Below the pieces are notes generated by a model, which worked only from the letters and a program-made list of their open reading frames with translations, did no database searches and was not told where the DNA came from. Shown here piece by piece: positions 30,108 through 43,301 of a DNA stretch of 64,000 nt; the stretch's first letter is position 1, and the number at the start of each line of letters is the position of its first letter. Both the position numbers and the translations under genes were made by a program. Source of the DNA: Utricularia gibba (lineage: Eukaryota; Plantae; Magnoliophyta); NCBI GenBank assembly GCA_002189035.1, contig NEEC01000010.1, positions 2,604,001 to 2,668,000 on the forward strand, given 5' to 3'.

Positions 30108-30346
30108 TGGAGTACGATGTTGTCTCTTCAATTTTTGTTAAATTTGATTTAGTAACTTATTGTAATTAACGCATGGGTCGATAGTTGACCGGTTAATTGT
30201 TGACCAGATTCTGGGCCCCACATACGATAATAAGAATATTCCTGCAAAAATAAAGCAGCATAACGGACAAACCAAGATTTATTTTTCAAGAAGGCGGGGA
30301 ATTTGGACTGAAACCTAGACGCTGTGTTCTGCTGCGCGTTACCGAA

Positions 30347-32957
30347 ATGGCAGTAGCAGGATTGTACCGCCGGATCCTCCCGTCCCCTCCTGCCGTCGAT
30401 TTCTCTTCGTTGGAAGGCAAGGTAACTCCGATCGCGGTTTCGCGATCCGAACCTTGATCTTGTTGTTTATGGCGTGAGTGTTTCCGAGGTCATGCTCTTA
30501 TCATTTGTGACGTTTGAGTTTTTTTTTTCTCTATTGACTGAGCAATTATTTTGTTGTGTTATTTCTGGTTTACTTGTCATATGAAGGGATTTAAAGCAAT
30601 GCACTTGGGTTGTTTTTTTTTTTTTTTTTTTCTGCAGAAGCTTTTTCTAGAGGCCATTCATGAAGGAACTATGGAAGGGTTTTTCAAGTTGATTTCGTAT
30701 TTTCAGACACAATCTGAACCTGCTTACTGTGGTCTGGCTAGCCTTTCTATGGTCTTGAATGCCCTTGCGATCGATCCGGGAAGAAAGTGGAAAGGTGAAC
30801 AATGCTTAAAATGAGATTAGTGTTTTCATCTTCTTTCCCGGTTGAAAATTCAGTTTTTCCTTATATATTTCTGACAACTTAGGACCCTGGAGATGGTTTG
30901 ATGAAAATATGCTGGATTGCTGTGAGCCTTTAGAGAAGGTTAAGGAAACAGGCATCTCCTTTCGGAAAGTTGTGTGCTTGGCTACCTGCGCTGGAGCTAA
31001 AGTTGAGGCCTTTAACGCAAATCAGAGCACTATAGATGCGTTTAGGAATTATGTTTTGAATTGTTCTTCGTCAGGTGATTCTCACGTGATTGTATCCTAT
31101 AACAGAGGCACTCTTAAGCAGGTCATTCTGAACATCTAGTATTCAAATCATCTGAAAACTTCTGTTGTTGCCCAAGTGAATTCTCCTTTCATGAAATATA
31201 CATAAATGTGCCAGCAACCTTTGCCTCTTTTTTTTTTTTATGTTTGTACATTTATAATATGTTTCATTCCAAGTACTTCGACCTGATTGTTTTTTCACCT
31301 TGAAATGTGCTTTGTAATTATCGGCCCTCTACCTGATTATTAAGCGAATTATTTTCAACGCAGACTGGAACAGGCCATTTTTCTCCAGTTGGGGGATATA
31401 GTGTGAAAAAGGATATGGCTCTCATTCTAGATACCGCACGGTTTAAATACCCTCCTCATTGGGTTCCACTTACTCTCCTCTGGGATGCTATGAGTACAGT
31501 AGATGAGTCAACAGGAAAGCAACGAGGGTATGCACACTGACTTTTGTTTATTCGTAGACTTTTGGCATTCCAACTAGCAGAATCGTTTTTTCATCATGCT
31601 TAAGCCTCCTAAAAAATTCCTAAGGTTTTAAAAATTATTGCCATTTCATGCCATTGACATGGCTGAATTTTTTCTAAGATTTTCTATCTAACATTTCATT
31701 ACCTATATTATCAGGTTCATGGTTCTTTCTAAGAACCAGACAGTCCCATCTTTGTTGTATACTCTGGTATGTTTTTGTTTTTCATTCCGCATCTTAAGTA
31801 TATGATGCTATTGAATATAAATTCCAGATCTCCAGATACTTATCTTGTTGGGATAAGTTGATTTATTGTATGAGTTGATGCCATCTTGAAGTTTTGATTT
31901 CAGATTTATATCTTAATTCCTTTCCTGTGGTCCAGAGTTGCAAGCATGAGAGTTGGATTAGCACTACTAAGTATTTGATGGATGATGTTCCAGCATTATT
32001 AAGCTCAGGCTTAGTGAAGGATGTCCGAGGCATTCTTTCAACTATTTTCACATCCCTTCCTCCAGATTTTTCTGAGCTTATTAAGAGGGTGGTAGAAGTT
32101 CGTTGGCAGGAGGATGGAGCACAAGTTCTGAGCGAAGAAGAGAAAGGAAGGATTAACATCAAGGCAAATGACTTGGCAATTTAGTTGCATCTTACATGCT
32201 TCTCACTTTCTTCTACCTGAATTGGCTGTTTTTGTGCCTTGTTTCAGGAGGAAATTTTAAAGCAAGTAAAGAAAACCAGCCTCTTCAAGCATGTAGCTTA
32301 TGTCTTACAGTCAGAGGAGCTCGCAGAACTCGTGAATTGCAAATTTTGCAATCGAGATACCTTGCCCAATGTAGCGGCTAGTGCATGTTGTCAAGGTGCA
32401 GGGATCCCAATGGAGAAATCTAGGACGTCAGAGAGGCTTTCCTACCGGGATGCATGTGTTAGATGCTATAGTGCTACCACTAATGGGAACAAGAATGTAG
32501 TGGTACTATCTGGAACAGTTGCTGGCACGGGGACTCAAGGTTTAGATGTCCTTGTCCCTCTCTCCCAAACAGTGTGCAACAACTGCAAAACTGGATCAGA
32601 ATTGTATTCCTCCGGTATACATCCACACAGCCCTGATGTCTTGACAGCACTTTTATTTGCATTGCCCCCGCAGACATGGTCTAGTATCACAGACAAAAAG
32701 GTTTTAGATGATATCTCTGCGCTAGTTTCTACAGAAGACCTTCCCCTGTTACTTCAAGAAGAGGTATATATATTCATATACCTGATATGCATATCTTTCA
32801 CAATGAATATTTGTGACAGGGTTCTTATTTTGTTTTCAAATCTGGGCTTAGCTGACTCATAATGTCGCAGGTTCTGCATTTGAGAAACCAGCTCCTCATG
32901 CTTAAGAACTGCAAGGACGACAAGACTGAGACAACCTCAGCGCCGTACTCCCATTGA
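30347..32957 (+). CDS. PCS1: Phytochelatin synthase (glutathione gamma-glutamylcysteinyltransferase)
   Basis: Eight exons. [16 protein letters not shown], catalytic Cys (QSEPAYCGL), His (GTGHFSP) and Asp ([14 protein letters not shown]), Cys-rich C-terminal domain. Confidence 0.95.
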
Positions 32958-33966
32958 CAACAACAGTACATATTTTACAGTACTTTTGGGAAATCCAGTG
33001 CTTGGTGAGCCAACCAGGGGCATGCAATCGGGTGGAAACTGAAATATACCGCATGCGTTTATAGAGTATATTTTTTATGCCACCATCCTTGATAAAAGGG
33101 TTGAATTTTGCTAGTTAAATTTCAAAGAGGTTCTTAGATCTTAAGTATCTTAGAGAAAATTGGTGATACATGGTTTTCACAAATATTAATCTGTGAAATA
33201 CCTCATGATATTTTGTCAAATTATATCATTTGATTTTTATGTGTTATTTGGATCAAATGTATATTTTCAATATCTTATGTAAGTGTAGACGACAAGTGAG
33301 AAAAAATTATATGGGAGTTATAGTATTGTTAAATTATATGTTTAAAATGCATATTCTGATTGATAAATTTATGTAGAATAGATGAAAAAGTACGTAAAAC
33401 TTGTTTTATTTACGCAAGTTTGAAACTGTAATAAAAATATTAAAAATACATTAAGTTGGAATGCGATAATTAGAATGAAATTAGAAAGAAAACTCCCATG
33501 CACAAACTATGGTTGTTAAATGAAAATGAGGATAGATGTATAAAACATATTCACCAATGTTTCAAAATCAAATTTAATCAATTTCTCCATTAATTCATTA
33601 TTAAATCAAATTCAAAATAGAATGAGTGTGAATTTAATCAAATCTAAATTTGAATTATCCTGAATTTTAAAACATGCAAGTAAACACTCAACAGTGCTTT
33701 CTGAGTATCAAAATACCTTTTTCTTTATTGCCATAGTCTCGATTCCAAATGATTCTAGCTTACAATAACTGGGTTTTTTTTTTCACGAATCGGCGTCCCT
33801 CTTCATAAGAAGACAGGGAAAAAGCGAGCAGGCTCGATTGTGGCCGTAGCCTCGTGTGTGAGGTACCTGCATCAATGCCTGATACTGAAAGGCTCATGTC
33901 TGAAGGAAATATGGTTTGAAGATCCGGAAGAACTTACATGGTTCATGTGGAAAGGGCAGTGGAGGC

Positions 33967-36900
33967 CTATACATAACGCAACAAGAGATCAGCAGATGAA
34001 TTTCTTAGCCTGCAGCTTTGCCCAAGATGAACATCTCCAAAAACATATCTGCACAGTCATCTTGATATGATCAAACGTGGATTGTGATTGGCATTCCTTG
34101 TTTAAAGAAAAGAATGTACCTGTATTCACAATCTTCAGGCCATGCGCATCTAGCTCTTCCATAGTCCCAATAGCAATCCTCATCTCGGAGGGGTCCACGA
34201 GTAGCTGTTCACGGTAGAAGAAAAGAGTTGATGAAAACGGTGAGAGAAGATACAGGGAAACGGACACAATAGCAACCTTTGGTGACAAATTTAGATTTTC
34301 GGTCAGGATGATTGTCATGCCACATCTCAAGCCAGAGCTCCCTCATCAAAACTGAAGATCTGACTATGTTCCGATGATTTGCTGCAATGACGCAACGTGT
34401 TAGGCTAAAGGTTTGCAGGAATTGAAAAACTATGGAATGCAGAACGAGTCCCTTTGTGATGAAAGATGTAATGAATCTCAGATTATAATAAGCTTACTCT
34501 TATCAAGCTCCCAAACTGCAGTTCTCTTTCCTGAAAGACTTTCACTGTCTTCATAGTAGGTTATGTACTTCACCCTTGGGGATCGTGTCATGTTAGGAAT
34601 TACATCCATTTCAGGTTGATGCTCAACATCGAATTGCACTTGGACATCTGAACCATTGTGTTCCGACTGCGGAGTCAATGCAATGAAACTCTTCAAACCA
34701 GGGTTTAACATGGTATATCATGTGAATGCTGTGAAAGGGATCTCAAAATATATAGCCATCAAAGATTATTTATATCTGCTTTGTGCACAAAGCAGACCAA
34801 CTCAATGCAAGTTGAGAAAAGATAGGATTACTGAAACAGAATCAGCTGACATATCAGCTACTCCACAGATCCAAGCAGATAAAAGTAGAAAGGACTAAAC
34901 ACAACAGATTTCAATAAAAACCTGAGGAGCTCTCGTTATGTTGACTTTTGATCCTAACCAGTTCTTGCACCACGAGAGGGAATTGTACGGTACCTTAAAT
35001 CAGATTTACATAAGAAAAGGAACGGCATCAATAACAAAACAAATATGATGCCCCTGATTCACATTGTCTCAATCCCTGATAAATGACATAGATAAAACCA
35101 CAAAATATATGTACTTAAAATACCGTCTCATCCCCACTTGCAGCACCAGGATTTCCTTCAACCAGATTCCCTGACCTAAAAAGTCGATGTTAAGATATTC
35201 AAACTGTTTTCCCACAAACCTGTCAGCACGAGTGATAGAAAATATATATATACTATTTTCCATTCCATGATGAGTTCACGTGAGGTATTTCCATTTACTG
35301 AATGATGATGTGAAAGGTGTAATGTAAGACCTCAATAAATATAGATGTTTACATCTTCATACCATATTGCTCAGACGTGATGGTAGTCACCTGGAATATA
35401 AGGATCCTTCAATCTCATATATTACGTCTGTTATCATCCAATTATCAGGGTAAGGCTTTCTGCTTGGTGCAAAATAGTAGCCAACCTGCTTCATGGAACT
35501 ATGTACAGTAAAAAGTCTAGTAAAGAAGATAAAAGGGAGCAAAGTTTAAGAACATTTCTTTAAATGTGCCTAAGAAATTGACATCGAACAAAATATGTCA
35601 GTATACCTCGGTTTTCAAATCTATACCATATATGCAGAAGATATTCTTTAGAGGGGGTCTATCCCAAGGTGTCAAGGGATTTAGAACTGGATCATCATGA
35701 TACGATCTGAAATGCAAGTGAAATGGCAGCATTAAAAACAATTAGCTAATTCATGTATCCATGTTCGTCAACTTAAAACAGAAAGTCAAACTCATGTTTC
35801 TAGATCAATTTAAATTAGTATAATAGGTAATAACTAATTTATACACTAAAATACTTACTCTTTCAATTGATATAAGATCCTTTTGGTGTCAGGGTCATGG
35901 TCAATTATAGATTGGAAGAAAGTCCCATCTGACACTTCACGTGCAGTGAAGGATGTTTGAGTGGGGAATTCACATTCAACGTTGGTTGTGTTAGCCTCTG
36001 CTATGTCTACAGAAGAAGGGAAAGCTACAACTCCTGGAAATACAGCATGATTATATTGATCCGTCAATGAAAATGGCTCTTGAATGCGAAGTATGATATC
36101 ATACCTTGAGTTGAAGGAATTTCTATGTTGACAACATTTGTCGGCCAACCAGAATATTTTGATTGAAACTCTCGCTCGTCACAAAGGTAGACAAGATAAC
36201 CCTTTTGCCTTACTGTTGAGAAATGTTTTAAGTACGTGTGCTCTGTTTTACAATGTTTAGAAAACGGCATCATCCATACTGAAGAAGCAAAGGAATTGAA
36301 CATTACTCGCGCAGTTCCCTGATGGTATGCAGAAAAACATTATTTTTGTAAGAGCTTGGTAATTAAGGACAAAGAATAGATCACATTCTTCGACAACTTC
36401 ATATTACATGAAAGTGAGACTACTTTATTGAGAACATTTGTCTACATAATGAAATTCTCCATGAAAAACGAGTAACACGATGCATGCAATCCCAATGAAT
36501 TGTAAGTTAACAAGACTGGCACAGGAAGTGGTTAGCCTCATTAGACATGTGCTTGAAAACGTTAGGAAAACATGAACAAAAATTCCACAAGGAGTTCAGC
36601 AAAATACGAAGAATTCCAAGCAATGAAACACATCCTCTAAATTAATGTGAAAATTGCATGAACCTCAGATACAGGTAGACCAAACGTACATCCCGATAAT
36701 GTTGCCTTGATAGTCTCAACGGCACCGAGGAGTGGAGCTCCTAAAGCAAATTTAAAAGGACGGTCACAATTATCGTATGGTTACTAGCTGGGTGGTTTAA
36801 TCTCCTAGCAAAAGCAAGTCACATACCCACAGCAAAATATGCATGGATATGTTGGTCTAGCCACAATATATACTTTTTAGGAGCAATTTCAAGTTTCAAC

Positions 36901-38230
36901 CACTCCAAGAAATATCTGAAGACATTGTTTCCCAAGGAGTGAGCAAAAACTATTGATGGAGCACCACGTAGTTTCAATGCAGTTTCAAAAGTCAACCTGC
37001 AAACCAAGCAGATTCTTTCTTAAAAATTCAATAGAAAACATGCATTGGACTTGCTTATTTTTTAGTACCAGTATTAAAAAAATGCAATCTAAAAGTATAA
37101 TCCATAAGTTCATGTTATAACGACTTAAATAACTAAGGCATATCTTTGGAGCAACTGGAAAAAAAAAACTGATCATAAAATCTTCTCATGAAATTGATCA
37201 AAACTAGAAGTTGACATCAAGAACCGAATGTAAAAGAGAAGAATGCCGTAAGGAAATACTTCAACTTATGGAAATAGAGATCTCGCTCCTCTAGTTTGGA
37301 AGGTGACAGCCTCCAATCATATGGGACTGCAATTATAGCATTCGCCTCTATCCCAAACTCGATGCACCATTTGACCCATTCTTTCCACACAGAAGAAAGT
37401 GGACCTGCAAGATGTGATGCGACAACAAACCATCTTATGAAGTTACGGCAATGCCTATTAAAACATGTTTTTTAATACTCAACATATCATAAAAGAAGAT
37501 AAAAAAAAATTTAGTTCCAACACTTGAAGTCGGAAGTAGACGGTAGTTGGCACCAAAAGTGATATGTGATCGCATATTACTGTGTTGAAGGATCAACAAA
37601 GTAACCTTCCGGTACACAGGCTATACTTGCCAAAACTTTTGTAGAGACAGAATGACTCAGACTTCAACCTCTGCATTGTGCCCCAAAAAACCATAAACTT
37701 ACCAGTAATATATCCTGGATCAAGCTCAGTGATGGCAGAGAGACCGCTATCAGGACGGGACTTGCATTCGGGATGGTCTTCCTGGCTATATGGATCCAGC
37801 AACATGCATTTCAACCAGCAATTTACAGCAGAAAGAAGCTGAAAAACACTCATCAGCAAGAACTAAACAAAGTATCACTAAAAACTGGCACTATCCACAA
37901 AAAGAAACAGAGGAAAAGAAAATCGAATGCAATCAAAACATTAAAATTTCCCAGAAAGACGGAAACCAAACCAACACCACGCATTAACTGTACGCATACT
38001 TTGGTTGTGTCAAGCCAGACCAAATCGAGGGGATTGAAATCAAGTGGAGAATACGGACAGTCCAAAATCGACCAGGCTCTCAGCTGCGTTGAAGCGAAGC
38101 CAGGGATGATTATTCCCGATAGCTTTCTGAAATCCGCGGAGTCATCGCATTCCCCGACGCCGCCGACGGCTGCCGGAATCAGGAGGATGAGGAAGGTTGT
38201 TTCCATAAGGATGATGAAGCGCCGTCTCAT
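33967..38230 (-). CDS. PSAT1: Phospholipid:sterol O-acyltransferase (LCAT family)
   Basis: About 15 exons. LSGIIIPGFASTQLRAW, AVPYDWRL, catalytic AHSLG, WDRPPLKNIFCIYG, C-terminus GDVHLGQSCRLRNSSADLLLRYV. Confidence 0.93.
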
Positions 38231-39610
38231 CGTGTTTGGACCCGGTCCGGGAGCCTGGAGTTTGGACTGACAAGTGACAACGACGGTAAGCCGGAAATTT
38301 GACTTCGACAAATGCAAACCGCGGTTGAGAAGGAAATTACAAACATACCCTTCCCATGAGCTTGGGTTACCCACATCCTTGGTGCCTGAAAATTGAAAAT
38401 ATGAACGTATTTTCAGGTTTTGTTTGAATTAAAATTCACTCGTTTATTTATAAATTAATCCAAAAAATTACATCTAATTCAACCTATTGAAAAAAAATTC
38501 AATCTAAAATAATCAAAAAATAGATTGAATAATATCTTAAAATATCGTTTTCATTTCGAACCAAAACAATACATTAATTGGATGAATTAAAAAGTGATAG
38601 AGATTGTATGAAAAAAATGATCATTATATATATAAATTTCTTATTTGAATGTCTGACGTAGAAATCGACAATTCATTAGCAAATTTTATAAATGACCCAA
38701 AAAACATAACTTTATGAAAAAAGAAACTTTCGGTCCCCTGGGCAACGAGCCGTTTTTTTCCCATTAAGTCGAAAAAGCTAAGAATCAAGGGACTGCATTT
38801 TCATTTTAATTACTTTTTCAAAGTTAGACTCTTTTAAAAATTATTATTTTTTAAAGCCCACTACTTTTCAAGTGAACCTATTTGATCCACTTTTCAAGTC
38901 ATGGCCAATTTTTTCCACCAGCCTACTTTTCTAATAAATTGATCTGGATATTGAATTTCATGTCATTTCCGAGTCAATGATTCCGAATGCAGTTTCAAAT
39001 GAAACGGTTTTGTTTTAGATATGAACGAAATTTTCAACTAACAATAAAACATATTTTTTAATAATAAAAGTGTTTTTAAATCTTTTTTTTTTATGCATTG
39101 AGCGTGGGCTTAATAAAACGAGGTGAATTAATATTGAGACTGCGATTGATACTTGTAATCAGATATTAGTATGTTTAAATATAGTATAATTAGTATCTTA
39201 CTTTATATTATCAAATATTCAAAAATATATATACTGATATAGATATATATAATCCACATATTCAAAAAAGTATTATGTAATTAATGCACATCCATCTAGT
39301 AAACAATTAAGTAGCACATTCTATCTTAAGATATACAGCTATAATAAGGTTTCATGCTGCCTACGTGTGAATACAACCACCCCGTGGGGTGGGGACCACA
39401 GACGTAAATGGGGAAAGAAAAAGTCCAGTGCACAAGTCTACGTTCACTCCCTCCGGTCTTCGTTCCCAGGCCGCCGAGTTTGAACACGTACGTGAAAAGA
39501 GCTGTCTTGAGATGAAACGCCCATAAGCGCGGAAGGAAGGATTTGTGTTTCTCCATTAGGAGCCCTACGATTTGCAGTAGGCTTCCGTTTACCCGATTCA
39601 GGTGGCAGCA

Positions 39611-42600
39611 ATGATGCCCAGATCCTTCTGTGGGTTTCTGCTGCTTCATCTTGCTCTAGTGTCGGTGTTTCATCTCGACGGAACTGCGGCTTGGATCAGG
39701 TCTGAAGCCGAAGCTCTGCTCAACTGGAAAAACACTTTAAATTCCTCTGCTTCGCTCACCTCGTGGTCATCCAACAACACTGCCAACCTTTGCCGATGGA
39801 GAGGTATTCGATGCAATGATGGAGGATCTGTGGTTGAATTGGATCTTTCAGGCGCCGGTTTGGTTGGTGAAATTTCCCAATTTAACTTCTCTGCGCTTGG
39901 GAATCTTACTAGCTTGAACATGAGTTCGAATAGCTTTCGTGGGTCGATACCTGCTAGTATTGGAAACCTCACTGGGCTGACGTCGTTGGATTTCAGCATT
40001 AATTTGTTAGCAAGTGCCATCCCTCCGGAAATTGGGAATTTGATCGAGCTTCGGTTTCTCAGTTTCTTCAACAACAATATCGTTGAGGAAATCCCTGTTC
40101 AAGTTGGTAATCTTCAGAATTTGCAGCATCTGGATTTTGGTTCAAATTTCTTGACAACTCCGGATTGGTCTATGATTCCCAGCTTCCCCTTCTTGAACTA
40201 CCTTAGCTTCTACTACAATGAGCTCACACTAGGATTCCCGGGTTTTATAGTAAATTGTCTGAATCTTACACATCTTGATCTATCTCTCAACCGCTTGACA
40301 GGAGAGATTCCTGAGTCATTATTTGTGAACCTTGTACAGCTCCAGTATCTGAACTTGTCGACAAACTTATTTGAAGGGCAGATATCGAGAAATCTTACTA
40401 ATCTGTCGAGGTTGAGAAATCTTGGTATGGCCGCCAACCAGTTGTCTGGTTTGATTGTTGACTCTTTCGGTGAGCTGCCTGATCTTGAGAATCTTGATTT
40501 GCGCAGAAATGCATTTGAAGGAAGTTTTCCAGCTTCTGTAGGTCAACTTAGAAATCTTCAGCGACTAGATCTTACACAAAACAGATTGAATTCCAGTATA
40601 CCATCTGAGTTGGGACTGTGCACCAATCTTCGCTTCCTAGCTTTTGCTGATTGTTTACTTACTGGTACTCTGCCTTTGTCCTTGTCCAACCTGACAGAGT
40701 TAACTGATTTAGGGATATCAGGAAATGATCTTTCAGGAAGCATCTCTCCCTACTTTCTTGGCAACTGGACAAATTTAGTGTCTCTGCAGCTGCAAGGCAA
40801 TAATTTCTCGGGTGAAGTTCCATCAGAAATAGGCCTGCTGACAAGGCTGAACATTCTGTTTTTGTATGACAACGCCTTTTCAGGTTCCATTCCATCAGAA
40901 ATCGGGAATCTACAGGAGTTACGGCAACTCGACCTCTCAAACAATCGCTTTTCAGGGGAGATACCTTCCACGCTAGGGAACCTGCAAAATCTAGAAACAC
41001 TTCAGCTTTTCAGTAACAACCTTACTGGGGAAATCCCACCTGAGATTGGAAGCTTGCTGTCACTCAGAACTCTAATTCTTGATACGAATCAGTTAACTGG
41101 CAGTGTGCCGGAGTCATTGAGTAACCTGACTGAACTCACAACTCTATCGTTTCACACAAACCAACTCAGTGGTGTTCTGCCTCAGGACCTGGGGAGTAGA
41201 AGCCCCGGAATAACATATATTGGCTTTTCCAACAATAGCTTCTCGGGTGAGCTACCTCAAGCATTATGTAATGGTTTTGCTTTAGTGAATTTCACAGTGG
41301 ACTACAACAACTTCTCTGGGCCACTGCCAGATTGCTTCAAGAACTGTTCAAATCTGTTTAGGGTGAGGATGGAAAACAACCAACTCTCAGGAAATATATC
41401 AGAGGCGTTCGGGATTCATCCAGAACTTGTGTTCCTTTCTCTTGGGAGAAACCAATTCACTGGTGAGCTAGCACCCATGTGGGGAGAGTTACAAAATCTG
41501 ACAAATTTGCAGATGGATCACAATAGAATCTCAGGAAATATACCTTCTCAGCTAGGGAACCTTAGTCAACTTCGTGTTCTTGAGCTTCATTCAAATGAAT
41601 TATCAGGTGAACTTCCTCCTGAGCTGGGAAATCTTCATGAGCTGCTCAGACTCAATCTCAGCAATAATCATCTGGTTGGAGAAATCCCTGACGATGTTGG
41701 TCAGTTATCACAAGTCCAGTTTCTGGATTTATCAGCAAATAACTTCACAGGAAGCATTCCAGATGATCTGGCGAACATCAACACATTGATTAGTTTGAAC
41801 TTGAGCCACAACACGATAGTTGGAAGTATCCCCTCCGACTTGAGTAACTTGCGGATGCTTGATCTGAGCAGTAATCTTTTGTCTGGAAGGATACCGCCAA
41901 GCTTGGGAAGCCTCAACTACTTGGAAACACTCAACCTCTCACATAATGACATTGCAGGAAGTATTCCTGACCAGCTATCTGATATACGAAGTTTGAGAAA
42001 CTTTGATTTTTCCTACAACAATCTGTCTGGTCAGATTCCAGATGCCAGCATATTCCTTAATGCACCTCCAAGTGTTTATGCTGGAAACAATGGTTTATGT
42101 GGGGAAATAGAAGGATTGAATCGTTGCACCAGAAGACCTTCAACTCCTAGATCAAGAACCAATTTATCAACTATTCTTCTCGCAGTTCTCTTACCAGTTG
42201 CTTTCCTAATCTTTTTGATAACCTTTATCGTTGTATGCTTTGTTTTTTCGGGGAAAAAGAAGCAAGATGATGAAGAATCCAAAAGCACCAGCTTGCTCGG
42301 AAACTCTGAAAATCTTATTTGGGAAAAAAATGGAAAACTTACTTTTCAGGAGATCAACAAAGCCACTGAAAACTTCAGTGACAAATACTGCATAGGGGAA
42401 GGAGGATTTGGACGTGTTTACATGGCTGAGTTACCGAGTGGTTATACTGTAGCAGTGAAACGCCTCAGCTTATCAGAAAAAGATGAAATACCGAAAGCAA
42501 ATATCAAGAGCTTTGAGAATGAAATCCGAGCTCTAACAGAAGTGCGCCATAGGAACATCATCAAGCTCTACGGGTACTGCACCAGCAGTGGATCAATGTA

Positions 42601-43301
42601 CCTGGTTTATGAGTACTTAGAGAAGGGAAGCTTGGGGAGTGTTCTGTATGATAACATGGAAGCCGTAGAGCTATCCTGGGCTACCAGGATCAGAATCATA
42701 CAGGGTGTGGCTCATGCACTTTCTTATCTACACGAGGACTGCTCCCCACCTATTGTCCACCGTGATATATCCATAAACAACATCTTACTCGAGACGGAGT
42801 ACGAACCCAGAGTCTCTGATTTCGGTACAGCAAAACTGCTCCGACCTGATGCATCACAATTCACTTCAGTGGCTGGCTCCTATGGCTACATGGCACCAGG
42901 TATCCCTTTCCTCCTTGATTTCTCTACTGAAAGGCATTTGATCCCTCTAGACTTCTCACCTGAGAATACACTGGTATGCAGAGCTAGCATTCGCCACGAA
43001 GGTGACAACAAAATGCGATGTCTACAGCTTCGGAGTGGTGGCACTGGAGATTCTGATGGGGAAGCACCCAAGGGAGCTGCTATCTTACATTTCATCAATG
43101 CCCCCATCTTTGATGGGGCACCCAAATGTGGTCATGGAAGACATTGTCGATCCACGGCTGCCGGCTCCCACCGGAAAACTAGCTGAGCAGGTGGGGTTTG
43201 TGATCCGCCTTGCCTTGTCTTGCACAAGGACCACCCCTGAATCACGCCCCAGCATGCGCTTGGTTGCAAAAGAGTTGTCTGCAAACTCTCCGGAGGCATA
43301 G
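39611..43301 (+). CDS. LRR receptor-like kinase, MIK2/At1g35710-like
   Basis: Exons 39611-42899 and 42982-43301. Signal peptide, about 28 plant LRRs (LxxLxLxxNxLxGxIP), GNxGLCG cap, transmembrane helix, kinase motifs [30 protein letters not shown]|ELA. Confidence 0.92.

Noticed and set aside
39602-43186. 1194-aa single-exon reading of the LRR-RLK
   Set aside because: It reads through an 82-nt GT-AG intron (42900-42981) after GYMAP. The kinase C-lobe (ELA...[10 protein letters not shown]) is in the spliced frame ending at 43301.
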